A DNA stretch of 64,000 nt, from positions 50,592,001-50,656,000 of the forward strand of contig NC_135808.1 in the NCBI RefSeq assembly GCF_964213995.1, given 5' to 3'. Each line of letters opens with the position of its first letter. Position 1 is the first letter of the stretch. Below, piece by piece: positions 37,664 through 50,655 of this stretch. Source of the DNA: Mustelus asterias (taxonomy: Eukaryota). Position numbers and translations under genes: made by a program. Under the pieces are notes generated by a model. That model did not search any database. It saw only the letters and a list, made by a program, of their open reading frames with translations, and was not told where the DNA came from.

Positions 37664-37961
37664 TAGGGGGAGCTGTAACCGTACTGACAGTAATAATCAG
37701 CGACATCCTCATTCTGTACATTGCTGATTGTCAGGGTGTATTGTGTCCCAGATCCACTGCCGGTGAATCGGTCGGATATTCCTGTGAATCGTGTTGATGC
37801 ATAGTAGATCAGCAGAGCCGGTTTCTGTCCTTCACGCTGTTGGTACCAACTCACGTAACTGCTAGCAGATTGACTGGCCGTACAGGTGATGGTGGCGGTC
37901 TGGCCCAGGCTCACTGACAGCACCGGGGGAGACTGGGTCATGATGATGTCTCCATTGATAC
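37664..37961 (-). CDS. IGKV: Ig kappa-type (shark type III/NS4-like) light chain V exon, germline and unrearranged
   Basis: A polypyrimidine-CAG acceptor precedes an open frame: [27 protein letters not shown]...WYQQ...LLIY...[35 protein letters not shown]. Both Cys and the conserved Trp are present, and a 12-RSS follows. Confidence 0.97.
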
Positions 37962-38147
37962 CTGAGGGGTAATAAAGAAACAGAGTGAAGTAAGAACTGT
38001 CACAGAAAGACGCTGTACAATGAGATATTGTTGGAGACACTGACTGTTCCTCTCCTTTCAGCATTTTCCCTTCAATCACAAGTCAGGAGAATTGGATTGA
38101 AATGGAGAGCAGGAAAATATTCAAGGTGGAAGGAGAGAGATTTGTAC

Positions 38148-38196
38148 CTGCGATGCAGAATGCCAGAGGCCAGAGCAGCTGGATGGCTGAAATCAT
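38148..38196 (-). CDS. IGKV: Ig light chain leader exon (MISAIQLLWPLAFCIA + phase-1 G)
   Basis: ACC-ATG at 38196 starts 16 hydrophobic codons. A CAG|GTACAA donor is followed by a 186-bp intron that splices in frame to the V exon. Confidence 0.92.
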
Positions 38197-38256
38197 GGTG
38201 TGTGGTCGTGTCCCTGTGCCTGGTTACTGATAAACTCTCCCTTCACTGGGCTCTGC

Positions 38257-38335
38257 TTTATAAAGCTGCAGCCTGTCAGAGTCTCACTGCCTGTTCCTCA
38301 GTTTGTAAATGGTCTGACCCAGAGAAACCACGTCA
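38257..38335 (-). promoter_or_regulatory. V promoter: TATA-like box and CRE-like site
   Basis: TTTATAAA at 38257-38264 lies about 60 bp upstream of the ATG, and TGACGTGG (minus) is at 38328-38335. No ATTTGCAT octamer was seen. Confidence 0.55.
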
Positions 38336-38344
38336 GCACCTTTC

Positions 38345-38765
38345 ACTTCCTCTTCTTCTCTCTCCCTCCCTCAGTCTCTGTCCCTCAGTCTCTGTCCCTC
38401 AGTCTCTGTCTCTCGAAATCTCTCCCTCACTCATTGTCTCGCTCTCTCTCTCTCTCTCTCAATATTTGTCCCTCAGTCTGTCTCCCTCACTCTATTAATA
38501 TCTCTCCCTCACTCTCTCTCTCTCTCAATATCTGTCCCTCAGTCTCTGTCTCCCTCACTCTATTAATATCTCTCCCTCATTGTTGTCTCTTTCACTCTCT
38601 GAGTAACTCTCCATTAGTCTCTGTTTCTATCCACCACACTCTCGCTGTCTCCCTTTCTTGTCCTTCCCGTCTCACACTCCTTGTTTACCCTCTCATTCAC
38701 TCTTTCTTTCTCTCTTCTCATTCTCCCTCCCTCTCTTCCTCTCAGTTTCTCCATCACTTTATCTC
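38345..38765. repeat. CT-rich low-complexity tract upstream of the V promoter (similar tract at 37080-37200)
   Basis: (CT)n and CTCAGTCTCTGTCC repeats. Confidence 0.85.
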
Positions 38766-38766
38766 A

Positions 38767-40735
38767 TAGAGTCATAGAGGTTTACAGCATAAAAACAGGC
38801 CCTTCAGCCCAACTTGTCCATGCCGCCCTTTTTTTAAAAACCCCAAACCCCAATTGCTGCATTTGGCCCATATCCCTCTATACCCATCTTACCCATGTAA
38901 CTGTCTAAATGCTTTTTAAAAGACAAAATTGTACCCGCCTCTATTACTATCTCTGGCAGCTTGTTCCAGACACTCACCACCCTGTGTGAAAAAATTGCCC
39001 ATTTGGACACTTTTGTATCTCTCCCCTCTCGCCTTAAACCTCTGCCCTCGAGTTTTAGACTCCCCTACCTTTGGGAAAGGATATTGACTATCTAGTTGAT
39101 CTATGCCCCTCATTATTTTATCGTCCTCGATAAGATCACCCCTCAGCCGTCTACGCTCCAGAGAAAAAAGTCCCAGCCAATCCAGTCTCTCCTTTATAAC
39201 CCAAACCATCAAGTCCCGGTAGCATCCTAGTAAATCTTTTCTGCACTCTTTCTAGTTTAATAATATCCTTTCTATAACAGGCTGACCAGAACTGTACACA
39301 GTATTCCAAGTGTGGCCTTACCAATGTCTTGTACAACTTCAACAAAACGTCCTGACTCCAGTATTCAATGTTCTGACCAATGAAACCAAGCATGCCGAAT
39401 GTCTTCTTCACCACTCTGTCCACCTGTGACTCCACTTTCAAGTAGCTATGAACCTGTATCCCTAGATCTCTTTGTTCTGTAACTCTCCCCAGTGCCCTAC
39501 CATTAACTGAGTAAGTCCTGCCCGGTTCAATCTACCAAAATGCATCACCTCGCATTTATCTAAATTAAACTCCCGCCACTATTTGTCATCCCACTGGCCC
39601 AATTCCGGTTGGAATCGGAGATTACCTTCTTCACTGTCCACTATGCCACCAATCTTGGTGTCATCTGCAAACTTACTAACCATACCTCCTATATTCTCAT
39701 CCAAATCATTAATATAAATGACAAATAACAGTGGACACAGCATCGATCCCTGTGGCACACCGCTCATTCTCTTTGTTCTTCTGTATTCTCAGCTCGCTCT
39801 GCCCCAGAAGAGATACCATCCTCCTGGTATCCACTCTGTCAGTCCCCTCACAATCTGATATGTTTCAATAAGATCACCTCTCATTCTTCTAAACTCCAAT
39901 GGGTTCAGGCCCAACCTGTCCAACTTTTCTTCATAAGATAACCCCTCACCCCAGGAATGTGTCGAGTGAATCTTCTCTGAACTGCTTCGAACACAATGAT
40001 ATCCTTTTCCAAATAAGGAGACCTAAACTGTACACAGTATTCCAGATGTGGTCTCACCGAGACTCTGTACAGCTGCAGTAAAACTTCCCTATTTTTATAT
40101 TCCATTCTCCTGGTAATAAACACCAACATTCCATTTGTCTTCCTAATCACTTGCTGTAGCTGCAGACTAACTTGTTGTGATTCATGTCCCAGGACAGCCA
40201 GATCCCTCTGTAGCACCGAGTTGTGCAATCTCTCTCCATTTCAATAGTTTACTGCTGTTCTATTCTTCCTGCCAAAGTGGACACCTTCACATTTACCCAG
40301 GATATACTCCAGATGTTTCGCCATTCACTTCCCCTGTCCCTATCCCTTTGCAGACTCTCTACCGCTTCTTGATAACTTACTTTCCCACCTATCTTAGTGT
40401 CATTGGGACATCAGCTCCATTCACTCCCTTCATCCAAGTCATTGATACGGATTGTGAATAGTTGTGGTCCCAGCACTGATTGTTCCAGAACTCCACTAAT
40501 TACAGCTTCCCAACCCCAAAACAATCATTTATCCTCTCTCTCTGGTTGGTTAGCTAACCAATCCTCTATCAATGCTAATATGTTACCCACACACCATCGT
40601 CTTACCCACACACCATCGTATCTTGTGTTGTAACATTTGAAGTGGCAATTTATCAAATACCTTTTCGAATTCCCTGTACATCACAGCTACAAGTTCCCTT
40701 TTATCCATTTTGTGACCTCCGCAAAGGTGGGCAAT
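38767..40735 (-). mobile_element. Two tandem CR1 fragments upstream of the V promoter
   Basis: GVPQGS, FADD, HLEYCVQFW and the CR1 C-terminus. Confidence 0.85.
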
Positions 40736-40780
40736 GACATGTTTACAACAGAAAGAAACTGCTCCACATCGACCATGATG

Positions 40781-41104
40781 TCCCACTGGAGCCTCCAATA
40801 GGGAGCAGTAAACATGGGCCTCCTTCCCACTGGAGCCTCCAATAGGGACCAGTAAACATGGCCTCCTTCCCACTGGAGCCTCCAATAGGGACCAGTAAAC
40901 ATGGCCTCCTTCCCACTGGAGCCTCTAATAGGGACCAGTAAACATGGGCCTCCTTCCCACTCGAGCCTCCAATAGGGACCAGTAAACATGGGCCTCCTTC
41001 CCACTGGAGCCTCTAATAGGGACCAGTAAACATGGCCTCCTTCCCACTGGAGCCTCCAATAGGGACCAGTAAACATGGGCCTCCTTCCCACTGGAGCCTC
41101 CAGT
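40781..41104. repeat. 43-44-bp minisatellite, about 7.5 copies
   Basis: TCCCACTGGAGCCTCCAATAGGGACCAGTAAACATG(G)GCCTCCT starts at 40781, 40825, 40868, 40911, 40955, 40999, 41042 and 41086. Confidence 0.95.
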
Positions 41105-41346
41105 AGCTGAGCTTCAAACTCCACATCTTCTCCATCATGTAGGCCTCTTATTTCCATCTCTACAACATTGTCTGTCTCTACACTACATCAGTCCCTTAAG
41201 TACAGAAACCCTTATCCCTGCATGTCCCGCCTACTAACTCCATTATTCCGATATCCTCACCCAGCTCCCCACATCCATAAACCCCAACTTGTCCCAAATG
41301 CAGTGGATCCGGATCCTGTCTCATACCAAGTGTCGTTCCAACGCCA

Positions 41347-41522
41347 CCCCTGATCTCAGTGACCTATCACCCCTGACCTCAGTGATCTATCACCCCTGAC
41401 CTCAGTGATCTATCGCCCCTGACCTCAGTGATCTATCGCCCCTGACCTCAGTGATCTATCGCCCCTGACTTCATTTACCTGTTACCGCTGGCCTCACTGA
41501 TCTGTTACCCCTGACCTCACTG
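41347..41522. repeat. 23-bp minisatellite, about 8 copies
   Basis: CCCCTGACCTCAGTGATCTATCG units. Confidence 0.9.
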
Positions 41523-41999
41523 CCCTCCAATTCCCTCCATGACCTCACTCCTCCCTACCCTGCGTTCCTGCTCCAGACTCACATTTCTCCCTCACCTTCC
41601 ATCTGCTGACTCTGCTCCCCGACCCATCACTGCTTCCTTCATCCCACCATTGACAGCAGAGCCTTCAGACGCCCAGGCCCTGCTCTCTGACCTCCCACCC
41701 CTAATCCCTCCCCCTCTCCTTGTCTCTCTCCCCATCAAACTCCATTCTTTCACCTAAGCCTTCGATCTCTCTTCCTAAACTACCCCCAGCCCCTCCCCCA
41801 TTCCTCTTATGCTGCTCTGTGAAACATAACGGGCTATGTTGTACACTAAGGTGCTATATAAATTCAGGTTCTGTGTGGATTTTGGTTGGGGACAGAATTA
41901 GACACAGTGGTGAAGGCTCTTGCAGTCAAATATCCTGCTGACAGGATCCAGATTTTAACAGATCGAATGGGACATTGTATAAAGTAGGAATTATTAAAA

Positions 42000-44800
42000 A
42001 TGTATTCATTGACGGGGTGTGGGTGTCACTGGTTATACCAGCATTTATTCCCATCCCTAATTGTCCTTGAGAAGGTGGTGATGAGCTGCCTTCTTGAGCT
42101 GCTGCAGTCCATGAGGTGTACATACACCCACAGTGCTGTTAGGGAGCGTTTTCAGGATTCTGACCCAGCGACAGTGCATGAATGGAGATGTATTTCCACG
42201 TCAGAATGGCGTGTGGCTTGGAGGGGAATCTCCTGGTGGTGTTGATCCCAGGGATCTGCTACATTTGTCTTTCCAGATGATAGTGGTCATGGTATTCGAA
42301 GGTGCTGCCTCAGGAACCTTGGTGAGTTCATGCAGGGCATCTTATAGATGGTACGCACTGCTGCTGCTGTCCGACAGTGGTGGAGGGATTTAATGTTTGT
42401 GAATGGGTGCCAATCAACTGGGGCTGCTTTGTCCTGGATGATGTTGAGCTTCTTGAGTGTTGCTGGAGCTCTACTCATCCAGACAAGTGGAGAGTATTCC
42501 ATCACACTCCGGACTTGTGCCTTGTAGATGGTGGACAGGCTTTGGAGAGTCAGGATGTGAGTTACTCACCGCAGGATTCCTATCCACTGACCTGCTCTTG
42601 TAGCCACAGTATTTATAGGCTGGTCCAGTTGAGTTTCTGGTCAATCATATCCAACAGGATTTTACAGTGGGGGATTCAGCAATGGTAATGACATTGAATG
42701 TCAAGGGGAGATGTTAAAATTCTCTCTTGTTGGAGATGGTGATTCCGTGGCACTTGTGTGGCACGAATGTTCCTGCTTCAATATCTGAGGAGTTGTGAAT
42801 GGTGCTGAGCATTGTGCAATCATCAGTGAACATCCCCACTTCTGAAGGTTATTAATGAAGCAGCTGAAGATGGTTGTGTCTCAGACACTACCCTGAGGAA
42901 CTCCTGCAGTGATGTCCCAAGGCAATCTCAGATTGCAATCCGCTAACCACAACCATCTTCTCATCATATTGGGTGGCACGGTGACACACTCGTTAACACT
43001 ACTGCCTCACAGCGCCAAGGACCCGGGTTCAATTCCTGGCACGGGACACTGTCTGTGTGGAGTTTGCATGCTCTCCCCGTGTCTGCTTGCGTTTCCTCCG
43101 GGTGTTCCGGTTTCCTCCCACAGTCCAAAAGACCTGCTGGTTAAATGCATTGGTCATGCTAAGTTCTCCCTCAGTGTCCCCGAACAGGCGTCGGAGTGCG
43201 GTGACTAAGGGATTTTGCTGGTAACTTCATTGCAGTGTTAATGTAAGCCTACTTGTGACACTAATACTGACACTTAAACTTAAAAGTCCAATAACCACAA
43301 CCATCTTCCTTTGTGCTGGGTGTGACTCCAGCCAGTGGAGAGTTTCCCCCTGATTTCCATTGGTTCCAGTTTTGCGAGGGCTCCTAGATGCCACACTCGG
43401 TCAAATGCTGCCTTGATGTCAAGGGCAGTCACTCTCACCTCACCTCTGGGGTTCAGCTCTTTTGTCCATGTTTGAACCAAGGCTGTAATGAGGTCAGGAG
43501 CTGAGTGACCCTGGCGGAACCCTAACTGAGTGTCACTGAGCAGGTTGTTGCTAGTAAGTGCCGCTTGATAGAACTGTCAACAATTTAAATCACTTCACTG
43601 ATGATTCAGAGTAGATTGATGGGGTGGTAAGTGGCCAGAATAGAATTATCCTGTTTTTTGGTATACAGGACATGTCTGGGCAATTTTCCACATTGCCGGG
43701 TAGATGCCAGTGTTGTAGCTGTACTGGAACAGCTTGGCTAAGGGCACGACAAGTTCTGGAGCGCAAGTTTTCAGGACTATTGCTGGATTATTGTCAGGAG
43801 ACAGAGTCATTGCTGTATCCAGTTGTAAATGTATCAGCCTTTTCTTTTCACTGATGTGCTGGGCTCCTCCATCATTGAGGATGGGGATATTTGTGGAGCT
43901 CCTCCTCCAGGGGGTTGTTTAATTGTCCACCACCATTCACGGCTGAATGTGGCAGGACTGCAGAGCTTAGATCTGATCCATTGGTTGTGGGATGGTTTAG
44001 CTCTGTCTATCACTTGCTGCTTCTGCTGTTTGACACACAGTCCTGTGTTGTAGCTTCACCAGGTTAACACCTCATTTTTCAGTATATCTGCTGTTGCTCC
44101 TGTCATGCCCTCCTGCACTCTTCATTGAACCAGGGTTGATCCCCTGGCTGGGTGGGAATGGTAGAGTGGGGGATATGCCGGGCCATAAGGTTACAGATTG
44201 TGGTTGAGTACAATTCTGCTGCTGCTGATGGCCCACAGTGCCTCATGGATGCCCAGCTTTGAGTTGCTCGATCTGTTTGAAATCGATCCCATTTAGCACG
44301 GTGGCAGTGCCACACAACACGATGGAGGGGTTCCTCAATGTGAAGATGGGATTTGATCTCCACAAGGACTGTGCGGTGGTCACTCCTACCGATACTGTCA
44401 TGGACAGATGCATCTGCGGCAGGCAGGTTGGTGAGGATGAGGTCGAGTATGTTTCTCCCTCTTGTTGGTTCCCTCACCACCTGCCGCAGTCCCAGTCTAG
44501 CAGCTATGTCCTTTAGGACCCGGCCAGCTCGGTGTGTGGTGGTGCTACCGAGTAACTCTTGGTGATGGACATTGAAGTCCCCACCCAGAGTACACTCTGT
44601 GTCCTTGCCACCCTCAGTGCTTCATCCAAGTGCTGTTCAACATGGAGGAGAACTGATTCATCAGCTGAGGGTGGACAGGATGTGGTAACCAGAGGAGGTT
44701 TCCTTGTCCGTGTTTGACATGTTACTGAGAGACTACATGGAGTCTGGAATGTTGTTGAGGATTCCCAGGATAACTCCCTCCTGACTGTATCCCACTGTGC
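42000..44800 (-). mobile_element. LINE of a second CR1-group family (APE + RT), fragmented, with a SINE insertion
   Basis: EPTRGRNILDLILTN, IGRSDH, PWFNEEC, ALDIKAAFDRVWH. A plus-strand copy lies at about 32195-33040 and a 3' part at 56950-57920. Confidence 0.8.
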
Positions 44801-47045
44801 CTTCTGTGCTGGGAGATTAGAGGTAGTGGACACGGTTCACCATTTTCTCCCGTCTCAGTAACAAACATCCAGCTGCTCTGAGCTCCTTCTTTCACTTCCT
44901 CTGTTGGTTACGTTTCAATCTTCCGATCTGACAGTCTTTGCAGTTATTTTTGACACTGGGGATTTGTGCTGTGGTCTGAATCTCTAACAATAACTGTCCA
45001 ATCAGTGAAAAGAACAGCAGCTCAGAGCAGTCAGGACTGAGGAGCCAGGCTCACTGGGAAACACATTGGGAAGATCAAAGCCATTGGTCTTCAGCTCCCG
45101 ATACAAACTCCATCCCTCCCCCTGAGCACTGTCTGCTGCTCAACCAGACTCTCTACAACATTGGCCTCATCTTTGACCCCGATCTGACCCTCCAAATCCT
45201 CCACATCACAAAGATTACACTGCTCTCTCTTTCTTCGGTTGAAAGTGGATGTTTTCACATTCTCCACATTGAACTCCATCTGCCATTGTCTTCAGACCCC
45301 ATCACAAACTCTGTTCCCTCAACACTGATTCCATCCCTTCCCCATTGGAGTGTCTGACACTGAACCACACACTCCACAGCCATGGTGTCCTATTTGACCC
45401 TGAGATGAGTTTCCCACCACATCATCCACTCCATCACTAAGACCACCTAGTTCCACCTCAGTAACATCTCCCGAGTCCCCCCTGCCTCACATCATCCTCT
45501 GCTGAAAATCTCATCCGTGTCTTTGTTATCTCTGAACATTACTATTCCAATGCTGTCCTGGCCGACCTCACACCCACCACCCTCCGTTATCATCAGCTCA
45601 CCCAGAACTCTGCTGCCCGGATCTGAACTCACACCAAATCCCGTTCACCCGTCACCCCCTGTGTTCACTGACCTACACTGACCCCCGGTCCAGCCATGCC
45701 CCGATTTTAACATAAACATCCTGCCTCTCAAATCTCTCCCTATCCTGCACCCTCCCTATCTCTGTAACCTCCTCTAAGCTGCCTAACTTAGTGTGCTCAG
45801 TAATCTTGGATATGTGTCTCTCTATTGCTTCATCCAAGTCATTGTCAAATATAGTGAAAAGCTGAGGCTTCAGCACAGATCCCTGGGGACATCACTATTC
45901 ACAGCTTGCTGATTGGAATACACACACATTATCCCTACTCTCTGTCTCCTACCTCCAAATCAATTCCTTATCTATGGCAAAAGCTTTCCTCAAATTCCAT
46001 ACGCTTCCATTTTTATTCACAGCCTCTCATGTGGCACCTGCCCGAATGTCTTCTGGAAATGCATAGAAATAACATCCAGAGACATTCCTTTATGAGCACA
46101 TTAGTGGCTCATTCACAAATGTAAGCGGCTGAGTTGAACATAAATGACTCTTTTGAAATCCGTGTTGACTCTCTCTGATCCGTTCATGTTTCTCACTCGT
46201 CCTGCCTCTAAAAAAACATTCCAGTCACTTTCCCACAACACACATTAAACTGAGCTGTTAGTTGTGAATGACTCTAATAAAACAGCTAGTACAGACATGA
46301 AGAGTTGAATGGCCTCCTCCTGTGTTATAGACCTACTGAGTCCTTGACTGAAACATCTGGATTGGAACAGGAGGTGGGCTGGAGGTTAAACAATGAGTTG
46401 AAGGTAGACGGAGTGTTATTAGTGGGTCATGTCCAATGTACATTGTGTCCATCACTCTCTCCAAAAGATGGGGGCAAATTTCCCAGAAAATAATGTGCCA
46501 TCGGGGCGGAAAAATGGGAGATTTTCCTGCCGTTTTCTGGGTGTATTTAGTTGAATTTCCAGCACTCGGTGTTTCACAAAATCCGTCAGGGATTTACACC
46601 AGTGGACGGGGTTAATCCCACCCGTGAGGACTGGATCAGCAGCCCCGCATCCCTGCCTCGCGATGGTTTCCCCAACCTAATTCCCCACTCCCCTGATCAC
46701 AGCCCCCAACCCCCCCACCCCCACCTCCCCTTCCCCAATAGACTGGCCTCCTGATGGCTTCCCCAACCCCCACCCACCCCTCCAATTGCCGGCCCCAACA
46801 CCCCCACTCCCTGATCACCAGCCTCCCAATGGCTTCCTCAACTGGAAGGTTCCTGCTGAACTCAGCAACAATTCTGGTCCCCCCCTCCCCACACCAGCTT
46901 CTAAACAAACATCAGCGATGGAATTGGGGAGAAGCGCAGAAAGAAACTTTAGTAAAAGTCAAGCCAGCTTTACAATCATCGTCATTGCTCGTGCACTTTG
47001 ACCCGAGCAAACCATTCGGAATCACTTGTGACGCCTCGCCATACT

Positions 47046-49678
47046 TTGCAGGGGGATGGGACACACTGTAGATGTACAGTTTGGAGTGAGATTCAGTCAG
47101 ATATAGAAGGAAAACTCGGTCAGTCCAGCAGGCAGAGAAGACTTGGGCATGATAAGGCACATGGGAAGATTGGAAGGCTAAACTGCATCTATTTTAATAC
47201 AAGGAGCCTGTCTGGTCAGGCAGATGAACTTAGAGAGTTGGTCAGCACGTGGAAATATGAGATTGTTGCAATCACTGAGACATGGTTGAAAGAATAGCAG
47301 GACTGGCAACTCAACACTCCAGGGTATAGAAGTTTCAGGTGTGATGGGGGTCGGGGGGGAGTGGGGTATGTAAGAGAGGAGGGGACATTGTTTTATTGAT
47401 TAAAGAGACCAAGCCTGCAGTAATGAGGGAGGAGATATTGGAACACTCTTCAAATGAGGCCATATGGGTGGAGCTGAGAAATATAAAGGGCGATCATTGT
47501 GCTGGGATTACACTACAGGCCTCCCAACACTCAGAGGGAGATGGAGGAGCAGATATGTAGGCAAATCACAGAGAGAGGTGTGAGAGGAATAGGTCTGCAG
47601 TAGTCGGGGATTTCAACCTCACCAATATTAATGGAATCACCTCAGTGTGAAAGGATTAGACAGGGTGGAGTTTTTGAAGTGATTCCAGAGCTTTTTATGT
47701 CAGTAGATCGATAATCCAACTTGGGATGGCCCGTGCTCGACCTAATCCTCGAGAATGAAGCTGGGTAAGTTGTTGAAGTATCAGTGTGTGAGCATTTTGG
47801 GGATAAGAACAAAGAACAAAGAACAATACAGCACAGGAACAGGCCCTTCGGCCCTCCAAGCCCGCGCCGCTCCCCGGTCCAGGATTGAATCCTGAATCCA
47901 GGATCCCCGCCCAATTTTCCAGCCTATCTACATCCTAATATCCTATCCACCGAGCTGTCCCTCACAGCTACGATGCTTTGTTCATCACAACCTATTAACT
48001 CACCCCCACCCCCCCATTCCAGACCATGTGATCTCCAGGGAGAGGCGAAAACCCAGAGTGAAAACCCCAGGGCCAATATGGGGAAAAAAAAATCTGGGAA
48101 ATTCCTCTCGACCCCCTGAGGCGATCGAAACGAGTCCAGGAGATCACACTGGCCCTGATCAGAAAATGCTTCCCAACCCTATTCATTTCCACTTCTGCTT
48201 TACGAACACCATCTGAATTCCCTGCCCCCGAGACAGGTTCCCAACTATCCGCAGTCTCGCTCTGTACTGGCACCAGCAAGATGATCATAGAATGAAGCCT
48301 TGAAACGAGAAACAAAGAACAATTAGCCCGCGCCGCTCCCTGGTCCAAACTAGACCACTCTTTTGTATTCCTCCATTCCCACTCCGTTCATATAGCTGTC
48401 TAGATAAGTCTTAAACGTTCCCAGTGTGTCCGCCTCCACCACCTTGCCCGACAACACATTCCAGGCCCCCACGACCCTCTGTGTAAAATATGTCCTTCTG
48501 ATATCTGTGTTAAACCTCCCCCTCTTCACCTTGAACCTATGACCCCTCGTGAACGTCACCACCGATGGGGAAGGTGGACAGAGCAATGAAACGTGGAATT
48601 TAATCCTGATAAGTGTGAGGGGAGATTTAATAAAGGTTGGATATACAAAATGAATGGTAGGTCCCGAGGGAGAATTGAAGAACAAAGGGACTTTGGTGTA
48701 CAAGTCCATGAATCCCTGAGGGATAGTGCGATGAAGAAGGCAATTGGAATACTTAGAGTTCAATCCTGATAAATGCGAAGTGATGCATTTTGGTAGAACT
48801 AATGTAGGGAGGAGCTATACGATAAATGGCAGAACCATAAAGGGCGTAGATGCGCAGAGGGACCTGGGTGTGCAAGTCCACAGATCCTTGAAGGTGACGT
48901 CACAGGTGGAGAAGGTGGTGAAGAAGGCATATGGCATGCTTGCCTTTATAGGACGGGGCATAGAGTATAAAAGTTGGGGTCTGATGTTGCAGATGTATAG
49001 AACGTTGGTTCGGCCGCATTTGGAATACTGCGTCCAGTTCTGTTCGCCACACTACCAGAAGGATGTGGAGGCTTTGGAGAGAGTACAGAGGAGGTTTACC
49101 AGGATGTTGCCTGGTATGGAGGGGCTTAGTTATGAGGAGAGATTGGGTAAACTGGGGTTGTTCTCCCTGGAAAGACGGAGGATGAGGGGAGACTTAATAG
49201 AGGTGTATAAAATTATGAAAGGCATAGATAGGGTGAACGGTGAGAAGCTTTTCCCCAGGTCGGTGGTGACGTTCACAAGGGGTCATAGGTTCAAGGTGAA
49301 GGGGGGGAGGTTTAACACAGATATCAGAAGGACATATTTTACACAGAGGGTGGTGGGGGCCTGGAATGCGCTGCCAGGCAAGGCGGTGGAGGCGGACACA
49401 CTGGGAACGTTTAAGACTTATCTAGACAGCCACATGAACGGAGTGGGAATGGAGGGATACAAAAGAATGGTCTAGTTTGGACCAGGGAGCGGCACGGGCT
49501 TGGAGGGCCGAAGGGCCTGTTCCTGTGCTGTATTGTTCTTTGTTCTTTGTTGTTTGTATTAGCCGGGGTTCGAATATGGGAGCAGGTAAATGGGATTAGT
49601 ATAGATTGGTTTGGATGGCCAGCATAGACATGGTGAGCCGAAGGACCTGTTTCTGTGCTGTGTGACTGTATGACGCTA
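47046..49678. mobile_element. Nested CR1 insertions inside the old Gypsy (young plus-strand copy at about 48760-49550, minus-strand composite at about 47806-48565)
   Basis: APE motifs YFNTRS/ITETWL, a 243-aa RT C-terminal ORF and (TTCTTTG)n tails. Confidence 0.85.
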
Positions 49679-50655
49679 TATGGAGTTGGAGCAGTTCTAT
49701 CCCATAGACTGGCAGATGGGACGGAGAGGCTAAATTCATTTGCTTTGCGGACTTTGTCAGACATTGAGAAAATGTACTCACAAATCGATAAAGAAAGCCG
49801 AGCAGTTATCTACACAGTGAGGAATTTCACCAATACGTCTATGGGCGGCATTTCACCATCGTGTCAGACCGTAAGCCATTGTTGGGGCTTTCCCGGGAGG
49901 ATAAGCCAGTGCCACCTATTGCCTCTGCCAGGGGGCAGAGATGGGCATTGCTGCTGGCACTAAACATCTAAACCTTCCAGCTTAGGCCAGGAACACAGCT
50001 CTCAAATGCAGATGCATTGAGCCGCCTGCCACTACCCCAGACCATACCGTCACCGCCTGTTCCACAGGAGATAGTATTGGCTCTGCATTATTTGGACACC
50101 CTGCCTGTCTCAGCAGCCCACACTCAGACGTGGACAGATAGGGAGCCGGTGTTAGCAAAGGGCAAGAAAATGGTACTGACCGGGTGGCACTTGGACAAGG
50201 CAGAGCAAATGAAGCTGTATTTACATTGCAGGGACCAGATACCCTGCGAAGATGGGGTGCTATTGTCGGGGGGTCTGTGTCAGCGTACCACCCCTTGTGC
50301 AATGGCCACTGCTCCAAGAGTTACATGATACCCAAACTGGCCAGAGCAGAATGAAAGTGTTGGCCAGAAGTTATGTCTGGTGGCCTGGCATTGACAGAGA
50401 CATTGAACAAACGGTTGGGCAGTGTGAGAGTTGTCTGACTCAGCAAGCGTTACCTCCACCAGCGAACATGCTCCCTTGGGATGTCCGGCCCGTCTGTGGA
50501 AAAGGTTTCATGTAGATTTGGCTGGACATTTTTGGGGGCAGATGTTCCTGATGTCAGTCGATGCCCATTCCAAGTGGCTGGACGATCAGCTCATGAGACC
50601 CATCACAGTCTCCATTTACCATCGATAAACTGAGGCAGATCTTTGTGATCCATGG

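Noticed and set aside
37962-38079. N-terminal extension of the 167-aa V ORF
   Set aside because: It is the leader-V intron read through by chance. The true leader exon is 38148-38196.
40781-41104. CRISPR-like array or 156-aa repetitive ORF
   Set aside because: The units are contiguous with no unique spacers and the context is eukaryotic. It is a plain minisatellite.
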